NCBI RefSeq assembly: GCF_004010195.1
Contig: NC_057719.1
Coordinates: 50,916,913-50,980,912 of the forward strand
DNA length: 64,000 nucleotides
Direction: 5' to 3'
Source of the DNA: Chiloscyllium plagiosum
Lineage: Eukaryota
A program made the translations under genes and the position numbers. Below the pieces are notes generated by a model. That model was not told the origin of the DNA. It saw nothing but the letters and a program-made list of their open reading frames with translations, and did not search any database. Numbering within the stretch: position 1 is the stretch's first letter; every line of letters begins with the position of its first letter. Shown here piece by piece: positions 38,235 through 50,769 of this stretch.

Positions 38235-40199
38235 AGAGTTATTTCACTCTCTCTGTTTTTAATAGTTTATTTAGGTTTGGGAGGTAAATTTGACCAGAAT
38301 ATTAGTAGCCCTCCTGTGGAATGTGGAGGAGATTAATCAATTCTCTATTGATGATCAAGATGTGTGTCTTGGGTTACTGAAGGCAAAAATGTTTTCCTTC
38401 AAGAAATATGACCAACATCTTATTTTAAACCAGTTGTTTGGTTTCACATGAAATGGAGTACATTAGCATTTTGATTTTCAATTGCTGCATTTGTTAAAAA
38501 TGTTCTGTAAATGTGTATTTGCAGACCCAACATGATAGATATTTAAAAACAAAATGGGTTATGAAGAGGCATCTACCTGAAACATTAACTCTTCCAGATT
38601 TTACCTGACCGGTTGGTTGAATATTTTGGGGATATATTTATCATAGTTTTTAAAGTTTGCATATGCAGGGCATTTTGCAGATACATTGTTTGCGCCTCAT
38701 GTTGTTTATTCATACTTTCGTTTTCCATTCCAATTTTCTTTTCTTGCATTCTCTCTTAAAGGCACTAAGTCATTAATGGCGTTAAATTCCATGGTAATGG
38801 GAATTAGTGGGTACCACACCCAATTGCCTATTAGTATTGTATTGGTAAGTGTTAACAATCATTCAATAAAGCTTGATGCTATCTTCACTGTATCTACGTT
38901 AGACATAGGGTTCAGTCTCCATTCGGACTGATGTGCATCCAAGGTCTACTTCCTCCATTACTAATACTAGAAATTAACTACCAAGAACCTGCCAATCAGG
39001 CCAATATGTGCCACTTTAGCTGAAACAGATCATTTATTACCTTAGCTGAAATCAGTTAACTTGGCACAAAGGATTAAAACTAATGACTCCACTGTTTCCT
39101 GTGACTCACCTACACACTGGAAACATTTGCTATGCCATCAGGGCACCTACATGCCATTTTGAATTTGCTGATCGTATTTGGACTGGAGAAACCTTAGTCA
39201 TTCTAACAAAAAGAATTGTAAAATTAGAAATATAAAGCAGGAATGAGGATAGACAGTTGATATAAATCATATACCTTACATCACAATATGCATATACTAA
39301 TCTTTTATTATAGAATTTGGGTTTTGACCTAATGACATGATGGTTTTGATTTATATATACATATGACAGTTTATTAGAGGAGAGAATAGAATACCAGGGT
39401 GGGCATCATTAAGATTAATGTTGCAGTGCAGAGGACAGTTGGAAGCAAGGTTTAATGTCATGAGTCTCCACTTGGGGGGGTTCATGGGTGGAAATGGGCT
39501 GTCGATTTAGTGCAAGGTTTAAAAAAAATGTGACATGAAGGCTCTGGGGAGGTACCTGGCAACCAGTCACTGAGCAAGCTGTTTTCCCTGGCGTTCTCTG
39601 GATGCAAAAAACACAATCGGAAAATGACCAGGACACCACACAGCATGGGTGGAGTTAGTGTCACTTTATAGATGGAAACACAGGATCCATACCTGCTGGA
39701 TGTAGTACATTGCATGAGTAAATCAATGAGGCATATGTTTGCAAATTGTAGCTAAAATTTAATATGCAGTCATTTTTTCACCCATTTGTAATGCATGCAG
39801 AGTGAACATTCTTAAGCTTCAAATGCTGACCAAAAGTGATTGGCACTATGCCATTGGTGCTTGCAAATCTAATATTGCCATCTCAATGATGTTGAAGTTA
39901 AAATTAAGAGCCTAAAACTGGCCAAAAACATTCCATCACTTGTGAAATGTCAGAGGGAAATGTCATTTCATCATTAACTAAATGGACTGTACTAAATGCA
40001 GAGTAGTGGTGAATTAAGGAGGGTGTTTAGGTGAAATTGCTCATGACACCACCAGCTCTCACCTTTTTAGTATCTGGGCAAAGACCTTCCAAAGTCAATA
40101 TGTTACACATGTATTTAACTTTATACACTGAGTTGCAACTTTTTCTTGTAGTCGCACTAGAGTTTTATATCTCTACATCCATAAACTATCAGATCATTC

Positions 40200-42290
40200 T
40201 CTATATAAGAAAGATTGTTAGCAATGTCAAATAGCATGTTTATCTGCAACTCCCAAACATCATGCATAATGTAGGTAGCAATCTGCTGCTTTCATCCAGC
40301 CGTTGTGGCAAAATTCCTTTGATGATTGGCATGGGTTGACGAGACTTCTTTACAGCTCTCAGCTTTCCATGTTGTTCCACTGCTACATGCTGCCCATCCA
40401 TTCTGTTGGAGATATCAATTTTGTGTTTGCTCCCTTTGAGCAATATCTTGTCTTTCAGAATAGCTGAGAGTCATAGAGATGTACAGCAAGGAAACAAACC
40501 CTTTGGTCCAACTCGTCTATGCCAACCAGATATCCTAAATTAATCTAGTCCCATTTGCCAGCATTTGTTCCATATCCCTGTAAACCCCTCCTATTCATAC
40601 AACCATTCAGTTGCCTTTTAAGTGTTGTAATTGTACCAGCCTCCACCACTTCCTCTGGCAGCCCATTACATACATGCCCCACCCACTGTGTGAAACATTT
40701 GCACCTTAGGTCCCTTTGAAATCTTTCCCCGCTCATCTTAAACCTATGCCCTCTAATTCTAGACTCCCCCCACCCCAGGAAAAAGACCTGGTCTATTTAC
40801 ACTATCCATGCCCCTCATGATTTTATAAAACTCTATAAGGTCACTCCTCGGCTGCTGACACTAGAACTATCCTCAACAGATTTACTTACACTGTCATTTA
40901 GTTCAAGATGATATTCTCCAGGAAGAAATCTATAAGCATTGTATAGATCCTCTAGTATCTGTTCTGTGGTCACTGGTTTAATGTATTGCGACACTTTGAT
41001 TGCAGTCCAAGCTTTTAACTTACTCTTGCCCATTAATTAAGATCTGGATTTTCAGGTATTTATTCTTGTTGTTTCATTGGACTCTCAGTGATTTGTCCTC
41101 TTGGCATGAAAATGGTGCCATTGTAGTGTCTCAACCTTAGATTCAAGATCTTCATTTCTGGATTGTCATGCTGACTCATTTCACACACATCTGAGAAGGT
41201 CATGTTGCATGATACACTTGTGTGTGCGACATTTGATGAACTCTTTTTTCAATCATCTTTCCAGCAGTCAAATAGTTTATCACTTATTGACCTGATTGAA
41301 CAACAGGTTCAGTCAGTGTGGAATGATCTGTCACAACTTTCAGTGGATTTCTCTTCAGTGCCCATTTGTACCTGCTGTTGTTTTGCCTTCCAGACAAATG
41401 ATTTTGCACACAATGAATCAGCTTATTGCAGTGAGAACACTGCTTACTCCCTGCAAGACTTGCCTTCTTTCCAATGTCTACAGTCCCCTGTAGGATTTGC
41501 ATCCTTCCCTGTGATCATTCTGTCCTTTTTACCTGGACTGTCTATCAGCATAACACAAAGCCTGCTCTTTTTTTTGCCATGACCATGCCTAGTTGCTGAT
41601 TTACAACACAATTGTTTCCATACATGATCACTTTTGAGTGAGAGATTCTCTTCTCAGTAGATGTGATCTGACTGCAGAATCTTCTTTGCCCAATACAACT
41701 GTCTTTAATTTGTTTTTTACTAATACATATTTACAGAATTCTGCAAACTGTATTCATGAAGTTACCGATTGATCACAGCAATACATGTGTAGCTACTCGT
41801 AGCTGCTCTTGGTTGTTAACTAACCGTGTTGCAACTTTTATAGTTTTGCCATTATAGGTGAAAAAAAACTGCAAGTTGTGTTTCATTTCACCTTTTTCAT
41901 TTTGACCTGCGCCAGAAGGAATGTTGCAACCAGTGCCTTAACCAGTGTTTCAGTTCTGGCCTGCTTTTGTTCCGTTTCAATTGTTTTCAGTAGCTTTTAA
42001 CATCTCTTAACATTACTGCCTACATAGTCATGGTGCTTCTGTACAGCTCTTTACACACTCAAATTTCAGCATCACTTAGACACCAGGCCATGAACTCACA
42101 GTAAGAACAATCTGGTTTCTACTGCGTTTTTACTAAAATGGCTGAAAGCTGGCTGTGTGCAGTAAGCATGCTGCATGACAGAGGTCACAGACCTACTGTT
42201 GTGTATTGTGTATTATAAAGTGTTACATTTCTGTCCCAAACTCTAACAGCCTCATTAAAATGTTCTAGCTTATGCAATGGAAATCTTACC
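40200..42290 (-). mobile_element. Heavily decayed Gypsy LTR retrotransposon (gag-pro-start of RT)
   Basis: Minus-strand remnants LRHYNGTIFMPRGQI, LPGEYHLELNDSV and PTEWMGSM...GKLR. tRNA-Leu-like PBS tggtgtctaagtg at about 42072-42084. Interrupted by a CR1. Confidence 0.6.
40468..40855 (-). mobile_element. CR1 (HER1-type) 3' fragment inserted in the Gypsy remnant
   Basis: ORF 40545-40736 GERFQRDLR...GLQGYGTNAGKWD. Confidence 0.9.
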
Positions 42291-42721
42291 TCACCAGTCT
42301 AGGAAAGGTGTGTTTATGGAGTTGGCTCCATGTAGGAATGTGAGTAATCTTTAAAAAAATTGTGGGCTGTCGTGTGAATTTAAAATCATTGATGCCTAGG
42401 AAATGAATACTTTCCTTGTGTTGTGGCTTTATGTTTAAATGGAGTATTGATAACTGAGGATATCATTCAATCACAAGTGTTAGGGCACTTGAGGCCATTT
42501 GGCCCATCGTTCCTGCATAGCTTAAGTGAGCATAATTACCTAGTGCCAATCTCCTGCTTTCCCCACCCCCACCGCATATCTTTGATTTTATCCACACAAT
42601 CAAAAAATCCCTCTCAAATGCCTCAATTGAACCTGCCTCCACCACATTTTCAGGATGGGCATTTCAATGTTCTTATTCCTTTTGTGGCAGAAATCATTTT
42701 TCCCTGTCCACCATATCTGGC

Positions 42722-45700
42722 TGTGATGATGCTGTTCCTTTAACAGGATTATGTTGTCCTTGATTTTTTTTCCCCAGGTGGTCATAAAAGACACAGATTC
42801 CAAAACGTCTAAGTTGAAGGGTTTTAGGGCAAGTTTGATTATAACGAACAGATACTACCTCAGCAAAAGGCTTAAAGTTTTAAAAAACACTTGTACAGTG
42901 AAAGGGGATTGGCCAGTTCTCCCCAGCTCAGCTTTTCTGATTTGGTTTGGTTTTAGCACAGTAGTGTTCTGAAGCCGTTGGACCCAAAGAAGCAGGTCCA
43001 GGCTGGTACTGTCTCTCTGACTTCTCTCCTGTTAGACATGTATTTGATTTTACCTTTTGTGCAAAGGGCTGTTTATGGGGATTGTTGCAAGTATTTGGAA
43101 CAGCGACATTAAGTTGGGATGATCTGTTGGGTTTTTGAATAGGTTAAATTTCAGGTTGTAAGTTTGCTTGCTGAGCTGGTAGGTCTTTCTCAGATGTTTT
43201 GTCACCATGCTAGGTGACATCATCAGTAAGCCTCCATTAAAGCACTTTTTTTTCTGTCCCGCTTGCTATTTGTCTGTCTTGGTCTATTAAAAGGAGGGTA
43301 ACATCATCTCTGGTTCTTTATCTCAGAGGTTGTTAAATGGGGTCCAAATCTATATGTTTATTGACAGAGTTCCCGTTTGAATGCAAAGCCTCTAGGAATT
43401 CCCTGTGTGTCTCTGTTCAGCCCGTCCCAGTTGAAGAGGTGTCCTTCTTCGTCTAAGTGTAAGGATACTAGTCTTACAAGCAAAACTGGACAAGCTCACA
43501 CCAAAGAACAACACAGACAGATGAAGAACCTGCCAGACCGACCACTAACAGACACGGAAAAGCCATCCTAGTAAGAGGAATGAACAACAACTACAGAGAC
43601 ATGGACAAAAAGAATTCCTAGCAGCACTGAAACCAACCTTAAAGGACAACAGACTTACGGAAGAAACCTAACAGGCCATCAGACAGACTGTAGCACCAAC
43701 TCTAAACAGGAAGAAAGAAGGGATCACCTCGAAACACAGGAAAAGGAAAGCCCTAGAAGGACTCATAAGACAAATATTGTAATCCTACTGGCAGTCGAAG
43801 GGCACCTGATTGCCATCCTAAATAGAACACAGTACATTGAAAAGGCGAACTCACTACTCACAGATACCGACATCTACCAATAGGTGGCGATGGACCCAAC
43901 TCCACAACTAGAAAACCGTATCACAGCATTACTGAAGAAACTTCACAAAATCAGGCGAAAATAACAAGACCGATCTCCAAAGAATGAAACCTGATGGATC
44001 CAACACACCCTGTTTCTATGGATTACCTAAGATACACATACCAGGGGCCCCCCTCAGATCCATAGTCTCACTTGCCAGCACACTGACATACAGACTACCA
44101 CTCCACCCAAGAATTCCTGAACATCAAGACACCAAGAGAGAAGAGGACAAAATCATGGGCTCCTAATGGCCCTATTCACATCCATTAACATTAACCTAGT
44201 CAAAGAAACACTGACCTCACTACAACACGAACCAAGGACAAAAAACACCAGACAGCACCAAATCCATCAGCAAGGACAGCATCCTCAAACTAGTAGATTT
44301 GTGCCTCACTACCCACTTCACCTTCAATGACAAAATCTACAAACAAATCAATGGGACATCCATGGGATCACCATTATCAGGATTCTTATTGAAAGCAGTT
44401 ATGCAGAGACTAGAATGAACAGCCCTCCCCACGATCCGACCGAAGCTTTGGGTCCGCTACATGAATGACATTTTTGTCATCATAAAACAGAGCAAATCAG
44501 AGGAAACCTACAATATCAGTAACATCATCCTTATTGGCATAAATTTCACAAAAGAGGAAGAGAACAACTCACCTTCCGCGATGTCACAGTGAAATAAAAT
44601 ACAGTCAATGGACAGCTGCAGACCAGCATCTATAGAAAAGCAACACAGACCAGATACTCAACTACAGGCGCAAATCATCCCAACACCCACAAGAGCTTCA
44701 TCAGGGCATTATTTAAATGAGCCAAAACACACCACAGCACCCAGGAATTACAAGCAGCAGAATAAATATACCTATACAGTGTATTCAAGAACAACGGGTA
44801 CCCAATCAACACAGTCAGCTGATCCTTAAACATCAAACCCAAACAACAAGACATGCCCAGAGACTCCAACCACACTACCATTCAAAAACATCTCTAAGAT
44901 GACTACCAGACTATTCTCACCCCTTGGTATCATGATAGCCCATAAATCTATCAAGACACTGAAACAGCTACTGATGAAGATAAAAGGACCCTGTACCAAC
45001 AGTCAGCAAAACAAATGTAATTTACAAAATACCCTGCAGGACTGCAACAAACACTACATCAGACAAACAGGCAAGAAACTAGCCACTAGGATACACAAAC
45101 ACCAACTAGCCACCAAAAGACATGACCCACTATCACTAGTATCCTTACACACAGCCAAAGAAGGACACCACTTAGACTGAGCCAACACATCCGTCCAAGG
45201 ACAGGCTAAACAGAGACATGCACGGAAATTCCTAGAGGCCTGGCATTCACACCAGAACTCCATCAATAAACTTATCGATTTGGACCCCATTTAACAACGT
45301 CTGAGAAAAAGAACCAGAAATTATATCACCCACCATAACAGACCAAGACACATAAATAGAAATTGCGATGGAACACCAGCGCTTCAATGGAGGCTCACTG
45401 ATGATGTTACTTAGAATGGTGACGAAACATCCGAAAACAAATCTTCCAGCTCCTCAGCCTGAGCTACAAGTCTTCTCAAAAATCGCAAAGGTTAAATTAT
45501 TCTGTATTCTGTTCTCTTTTGTTTGTTTCATTCGGTAATCTTGTAAATAAATTCTGTTTTGTTTAAAACTAAGTGGGTTGACCAACTGCATCATTCCTGG
45601 AATATCCACATTATATCTGCTTAAAACAACTAGCAACTTTCTTGAGTGTTTTGTGGGGGTCTGACCTGGTCCATAACATTGAGGGTTTTTTGCAGGATTT

Positions 45701-48700
45701 GTTCTACAATTCTAAACTTGGACTAGGGTTGTTGGACTTGAAGGCAGTGAGTGATAGGTGTTAGTGTCTTTTGTTCCGGGTGTTGAATTCAGTTGATTTA
45801 AACAGTGCTTGGGGGTTTTTACAGAAAAAAGGTGATTAAGGCCAAGCTGCTGGAATTAACATACAAGCTGTCGTTGGAGCGACCTCCTTCTATGGGGCAA
45901 GGAGATGTAATTATAGCAATGGCTTAGCACTTAAATCTGCTGGTAATGCCAGAATCTTCAGAGATGGCTAAAATTCAATTGAAAATGAAGCAGCTTGAAT
46001 TGAGTTAGAGGCAAAAGACAAGGAATTACAATTAAAAGCAGAGGAAAGAGAAAAAGAACAAATCACTTTAGCAAACAAAAACAGAGAGGGAGTTTGAACT
46101 TCAGAAATTGGCACTTAGACAGGAAAGTCAGCTTAAAAAGAATGGAGATGAAGGCTGAAGGTAAGCTTAGTGAGGGACAGAGTGAGGATGACCTAACCCA
46201 TGGTAGCCAAAGGCCTGGTGAGAAAGTGTTCAAATTTAGGCAATGTTTGAAAATATTTAATGAGAAGGTTGTGGAAACCTTTTTCATCTCATTTTAAAAA
46301 AGATGGCTAAACAAATGCAGTGGCGAGTGACCATGTGGGTTTTGTTGATCCAAACAAAACTTGCAGGTAGAGCTAGTGAGGTATTTGCATCACTATCAGA
46401 GGAGGTATCTGAGGCATATGAGGAAGTGAAGAAAGCCATCTTAAGTGCAAATGAGCTTGTGCCAGAGGCCTATGGACATTTCAGGAAACTAAGGAAGGAC
46501 CCTGGTCAAACCCACATTGAGTTTGAAAGGATCAAACAAAGTAATTTGATAGTTGGATAAAGGCATTAAAAATAGAGCAAACCTATGACACGCTCAGAGA
46601 GACTATTATTTTGGAGGAGTTCAAAAATTCATTTCCTGAAGTAGTAAGAATTCATGTTGAAGAGCAAAGAGTAAAAATGGCAGGATTAGCAGCTGAAATG
46701 GCTGATGATTATGAGTTGGACCATAAATCAAAGTTTGACTTCCAAAGTCAATTTCAATCTGTGAGAGATAGAAATTGGGGAAAAAGAGAAATATTCGTGT
46801 GGAAAGGGAAAGGCAGATCTCACTGAAGATCATAAGGATAACTTACCACAGGCCAAAAAGAAAACCCTTGAAGGGGACAGAGAAGTTAGAAAGCTCTGGT
46901 ATTTTCACTACAATAAAGTAGGCCATATGAAATCAGTGTTGGTGGGTTCAGAAAAACACTGGGAAGCCAGATATAAGAAAACAGGATAAGCCAGTGAGTT
47001 TTGTTTGGGTGGTTACAGAAGCACAGTTTAGGCTAGAAATGCACCAGAATGTACAACCCGGTTAGAGATTAATTAAGGAGAAAGTGCCAGATCTTCTTAA
47101 AGTTTACTCACATAGGCCAGGAGCAGCAGGTAAAGAGGTTACAATATTAAGAGATACCCAGGATCCCCTCAATCTATGATGTTGAAACATGAGGAGATAT
47201 GAACTTCTGAAGGACTACTGCTAGAAAAGTTACGAGTAACAGGAACTCACAGTGAGACAAATCATGCGAAATTATGTAAAGTAAGGTTAGAGTGTCCAGT
47301 GAAGAGTGGAGAAGTCATGGTAGGAGTACTGGATGAAGTCTCAGCTCCAGGAATATAATTTGTCCTTGCTAACTATACAGCTGGTTCCCTGGTACGAGTT
47401 GTGGTTGAAAAGCCAGTGGAAACTCAGGCATCTGAACTATTGCAGGACACATACCCCGGGAATTTTCCTGACTGTGGTAACAAAGGTCACAAAGTCACCA
47501 GTTGAAACAGGAGACATCAAAAAGAGCACAGATAAGAAAGTTGAAGTGGCATTAGCAGAGACCCTGTTTGATCAGATGGTTGATACAAAGGCACAGATGA
47601 CACAGCAGACATCATTAGCTAAGATAAATTAACTAAGTTAGAGCAGAAAGATGAAAATTTTAAACAATTGTATCAAAAGGCAGACACAGAAAAACTATCT
47701 GAATGTATCCCTGAATGTTATTATTCTTAAAAATCACGTCTTAGTGAGGAAGTGGAGACCATCACATATTCAGGCAGATGAGAAATGGGCAGAAGTTCAT
47801 CGAGTCGTATTGCCAGTGGATTATAGAAAGGAGGTGTTGCGGTGTCCTACCACTAGGGCGTCATTCTGAAGTGATAAAAACTCAAGCTAAAATTTAAACA
47901 AAACATTTTTACTGGCTTCAACTACATCTTTGTGAAGACCAATTTTGCCAGACATGTCATACATGTCAGGTAATTGGAAACCCACAGGCAGTGTTAAAAC
48001 CCACACCTTTAATACCTATTCCTGCATTTGAGGAACCTTTTACAAGAGTCTTAATTGATTGTGTAGGACCCCTACCTAAAACAAAAAAGTGGGAATCAGT
48101 ATTTGTTAACAATAGTGCATGTGTCTACTGGATTCCCAGAGGCCATTCCATTTCAATCCTTCCATCACAGCTAGAAGGATTGTAGAAGGGTTCCTCAAAT
48201 TTTTCACTAAATACAATCAGATCAAGGGTCAAATTTCATCTTGAAATTATTCAAGTTATGGACAGCTTAGGAATAAAACAATTCAAATCTACTGCATACC
48301 ATCCAGAGTCACAGGGACATCTAGAAAAGGTGGCATCAGACATTAAAGATCAGATGATTAGGATAAGGGAATTCCATTTGTGCTTTTGGTGATCAGAGAT
48401 GCACCAAATGCATCAACCAAATTCAGTCCATCTGAATTATTTTTGGGCATGAAGTGATAGGACCACTAAAGTTGATTAAGGAGAAATCAGTAAGTCAGGA
48501 TTCAGAGACCACATATTTGGATTGTGTCAAATTTTAGGGAATGATTAAATGGAGCAGGGGAGTTGGCTAGATACTAAAAGTATCACAGCATACAATGAAA
48601 TAAGAAGTAGACAGGAAATCAAAAATTCACAATTTTGCTATCAGGGATAAAGTATTAGTGTTACTTCCAGTGATAGGTGAACCTTTAAAAGCAAGGTTTA

Positions 48701-50769
48701 TTGGACCTTATCAAGTCAAAAGGAAATTAAGTGAGGTGAACTATTTGATAAGGACTCCAGACAGAAAGGAATCTGTCTGTGTGTGTAATAAGAATATGTT
48801 CAAAAGGTATTTTGATGGGGAAGCAAAGCAAGAGAAGAAAGTGTTAATGGTTACAACTGAGGGAAGAACCAAGTTCAGAGGATTCTGAATTGGACATTCC
48901 TCAAATTAAATTGGACAATGAGGAAATTGTCAAACTTTGGGATAATTTGATTTAATTCCTTTCCAAAAGGAAAATCGAAATGACCTGAGAGTTATTAGTA
49001 TCACTTGGGGAGATACGTAGAAACAAGTTGGGAAGTACTAACCCAATGATGCATGATGTAGAGATAGGAGATGCTGTTCCGATTAAGCACCATCCTTATA
49101 GGCATAGTCCTCTAAAGTTGGCACAGATTCAAAAGGAGATTGAGCGCATGCTCCAAAATGGCATAATTGAAGTGAGTTACAGTGACTGGAGCTAACTCAT
49201 AGTAATGGTGCCAAAACCAGACGGTACCCAGCAGTTATGTGTGGACTGTCACAAAGTCAATGCACTTACAAAGACTGATGCATATCTAATTCCACGTTTG
49301 GAGGACTGTGTTGAAAAAGTGGGACAAGCAACTTAGATTGGACTTGTTCAGAGGATACTGGCAGGTACCTCTGTTAGAAAGAGCAAAGGCATTTTCAGCT
49401 TTCGTAACACCGAGTGGACTGTATCAGTTTAAAGTCATGCAGTTTGGTATGAGGGGTGCGCCAGCCACATTTCAGAGAATAACTAATGAGGTCATTGTTG
49501 GATAACCCAACTGTGTCGTATATATTGATGACCTGTTGATTTTTAGTTATCCATGGAAGGAACATTTGCAACATTTATCAGATTTGTTCAATCAACTTCG
49601 GGAGGCAGGTTTGGTGGTAAACCTGGCCAAAAGTGAATTTGCCAAAGCCTAAGTCACCTTCCTACGCCATGTTATTGGACTTTGACAAGTGGTCCTACGG
49701 GATGCAAAAACAAAGATAATTGGGGAGTTTCTCAACCAGCATCAAAAAGAGCAATACTACAGTTCCTGGGATTGAGTGGATTTTATTGAAAATTCGTACC
49801 AAATTTTGGCAGTGTGGCTGCTCTGTTCACTGAATTGCTAAAGAAAGGCAAGAAGTTTTGGTGGACAGCGGACTGTTGGCAGGCATTTGACAGCTTGAAA
49901 GCTGTGTTAACCACTACCTTAGTATTAGCCACACCTAATTATGCAAAGCCATTCAAGGTGGCTATTGGTGAGAGAAATGTGGGTGTCAGTGCTGTGCTCT
50001 TGTAGGGAGATGAGAAGGTAGAAAGACCTATCGAGTATTCTCCAGGAAATTGAACATTCATCAGCAGAAATATTCGACAGTTGAGAAGGAGACTTTGAGC
50101 TTTGTGTTGGTATTACAAAATTCCAATGTTAATATTACGAGTAACGTATCTGAAACAATCATATACACTGACCATAAGCCATTGAAGTTTGTGTAGAAAT
50201 TTTGGGATAAAAGACATAGACTCCAAAAAGTTTAAGTTGAAGGGTTTGAGGGATTACAGCTAACAGATACTGCCTCAAGAAAAAGGCTTTCAAGTTTTTT
50301 TTTTTACAAAGAGCACTTTTACAATGAAAGGGGATTGGCCAGTTCTCCCAGCTCAGATTTTCTCGAGTTTGGTTTTAGCACGGCAGTGTTCTGCAGCTGC
50401 TGGATCCAAAGAAGCAGGTCCAGGCTGGTACTGTCTCTCTGACTTCTCTCCTATAAGACCCTGTGTTTGATTTTACCTTTTGTGCCAGAGGGGGTTTATG
50501 GGGATTGTTGCAAGTATTTGGAACAGCAGCATTAAGTTGGGATGACCTATTGGGTTTTCAGATAGGTTGTTATCCAGTATTCTGTTCTCTTTTGTTTGTG
50601 TTTCATTCGGTAATCTTGTAAATAAATTCTGGTTTGTTTAAAACTAAATGGGTTGACCAGCTACATCACTCCTGGAATATCCACATTATATCTGCTTAAA
50701 ACAAGCAAAGTTCGGGTCTGGGCCACTTTCTTGAAATGTTTTGAGGGGGCCCTGACCTGGTCCATAACA
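42722..50769 (+). mobile_element. Near full-length, decayed Gmr1-like Ty3/Gypsy LTR retrotransposon (gag-PR-INT-RT-RNaseH)
   Basis: 5' LTR 42722-45678 (split by a Penelope) and 3' LTR about 50207-50769. Flanks tggc/cagc. Degenerate tRNA-Pro-like PBS at about 45680. Gag KLAGRASE...YEEVKKAIL..ELVPEAY, protease ILRDT (about 47145), integrase EEPFTRVLIDCVGPLP (48030) and GPY (48700), RT LDLFRGYWQVPL and YIDDL (49330-49535), RNase H YSTVEKE and IYTDHKPL. Confidence 0.92.
43151..45488 (+). mobile_element. Penelope-like element with an inverted 5' arm, inserted in the 5' LTR
   Basis: Perfect 10-bp TSD aggttaaatt (43141-43150 and 45489-45498). 43151-43470 is an inverted copy of the 3' end. Motifs FYGLPKIH, GTSMGSPLS, WVRYMND and YIRQT...LATRI. 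Confidence 0.92.
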
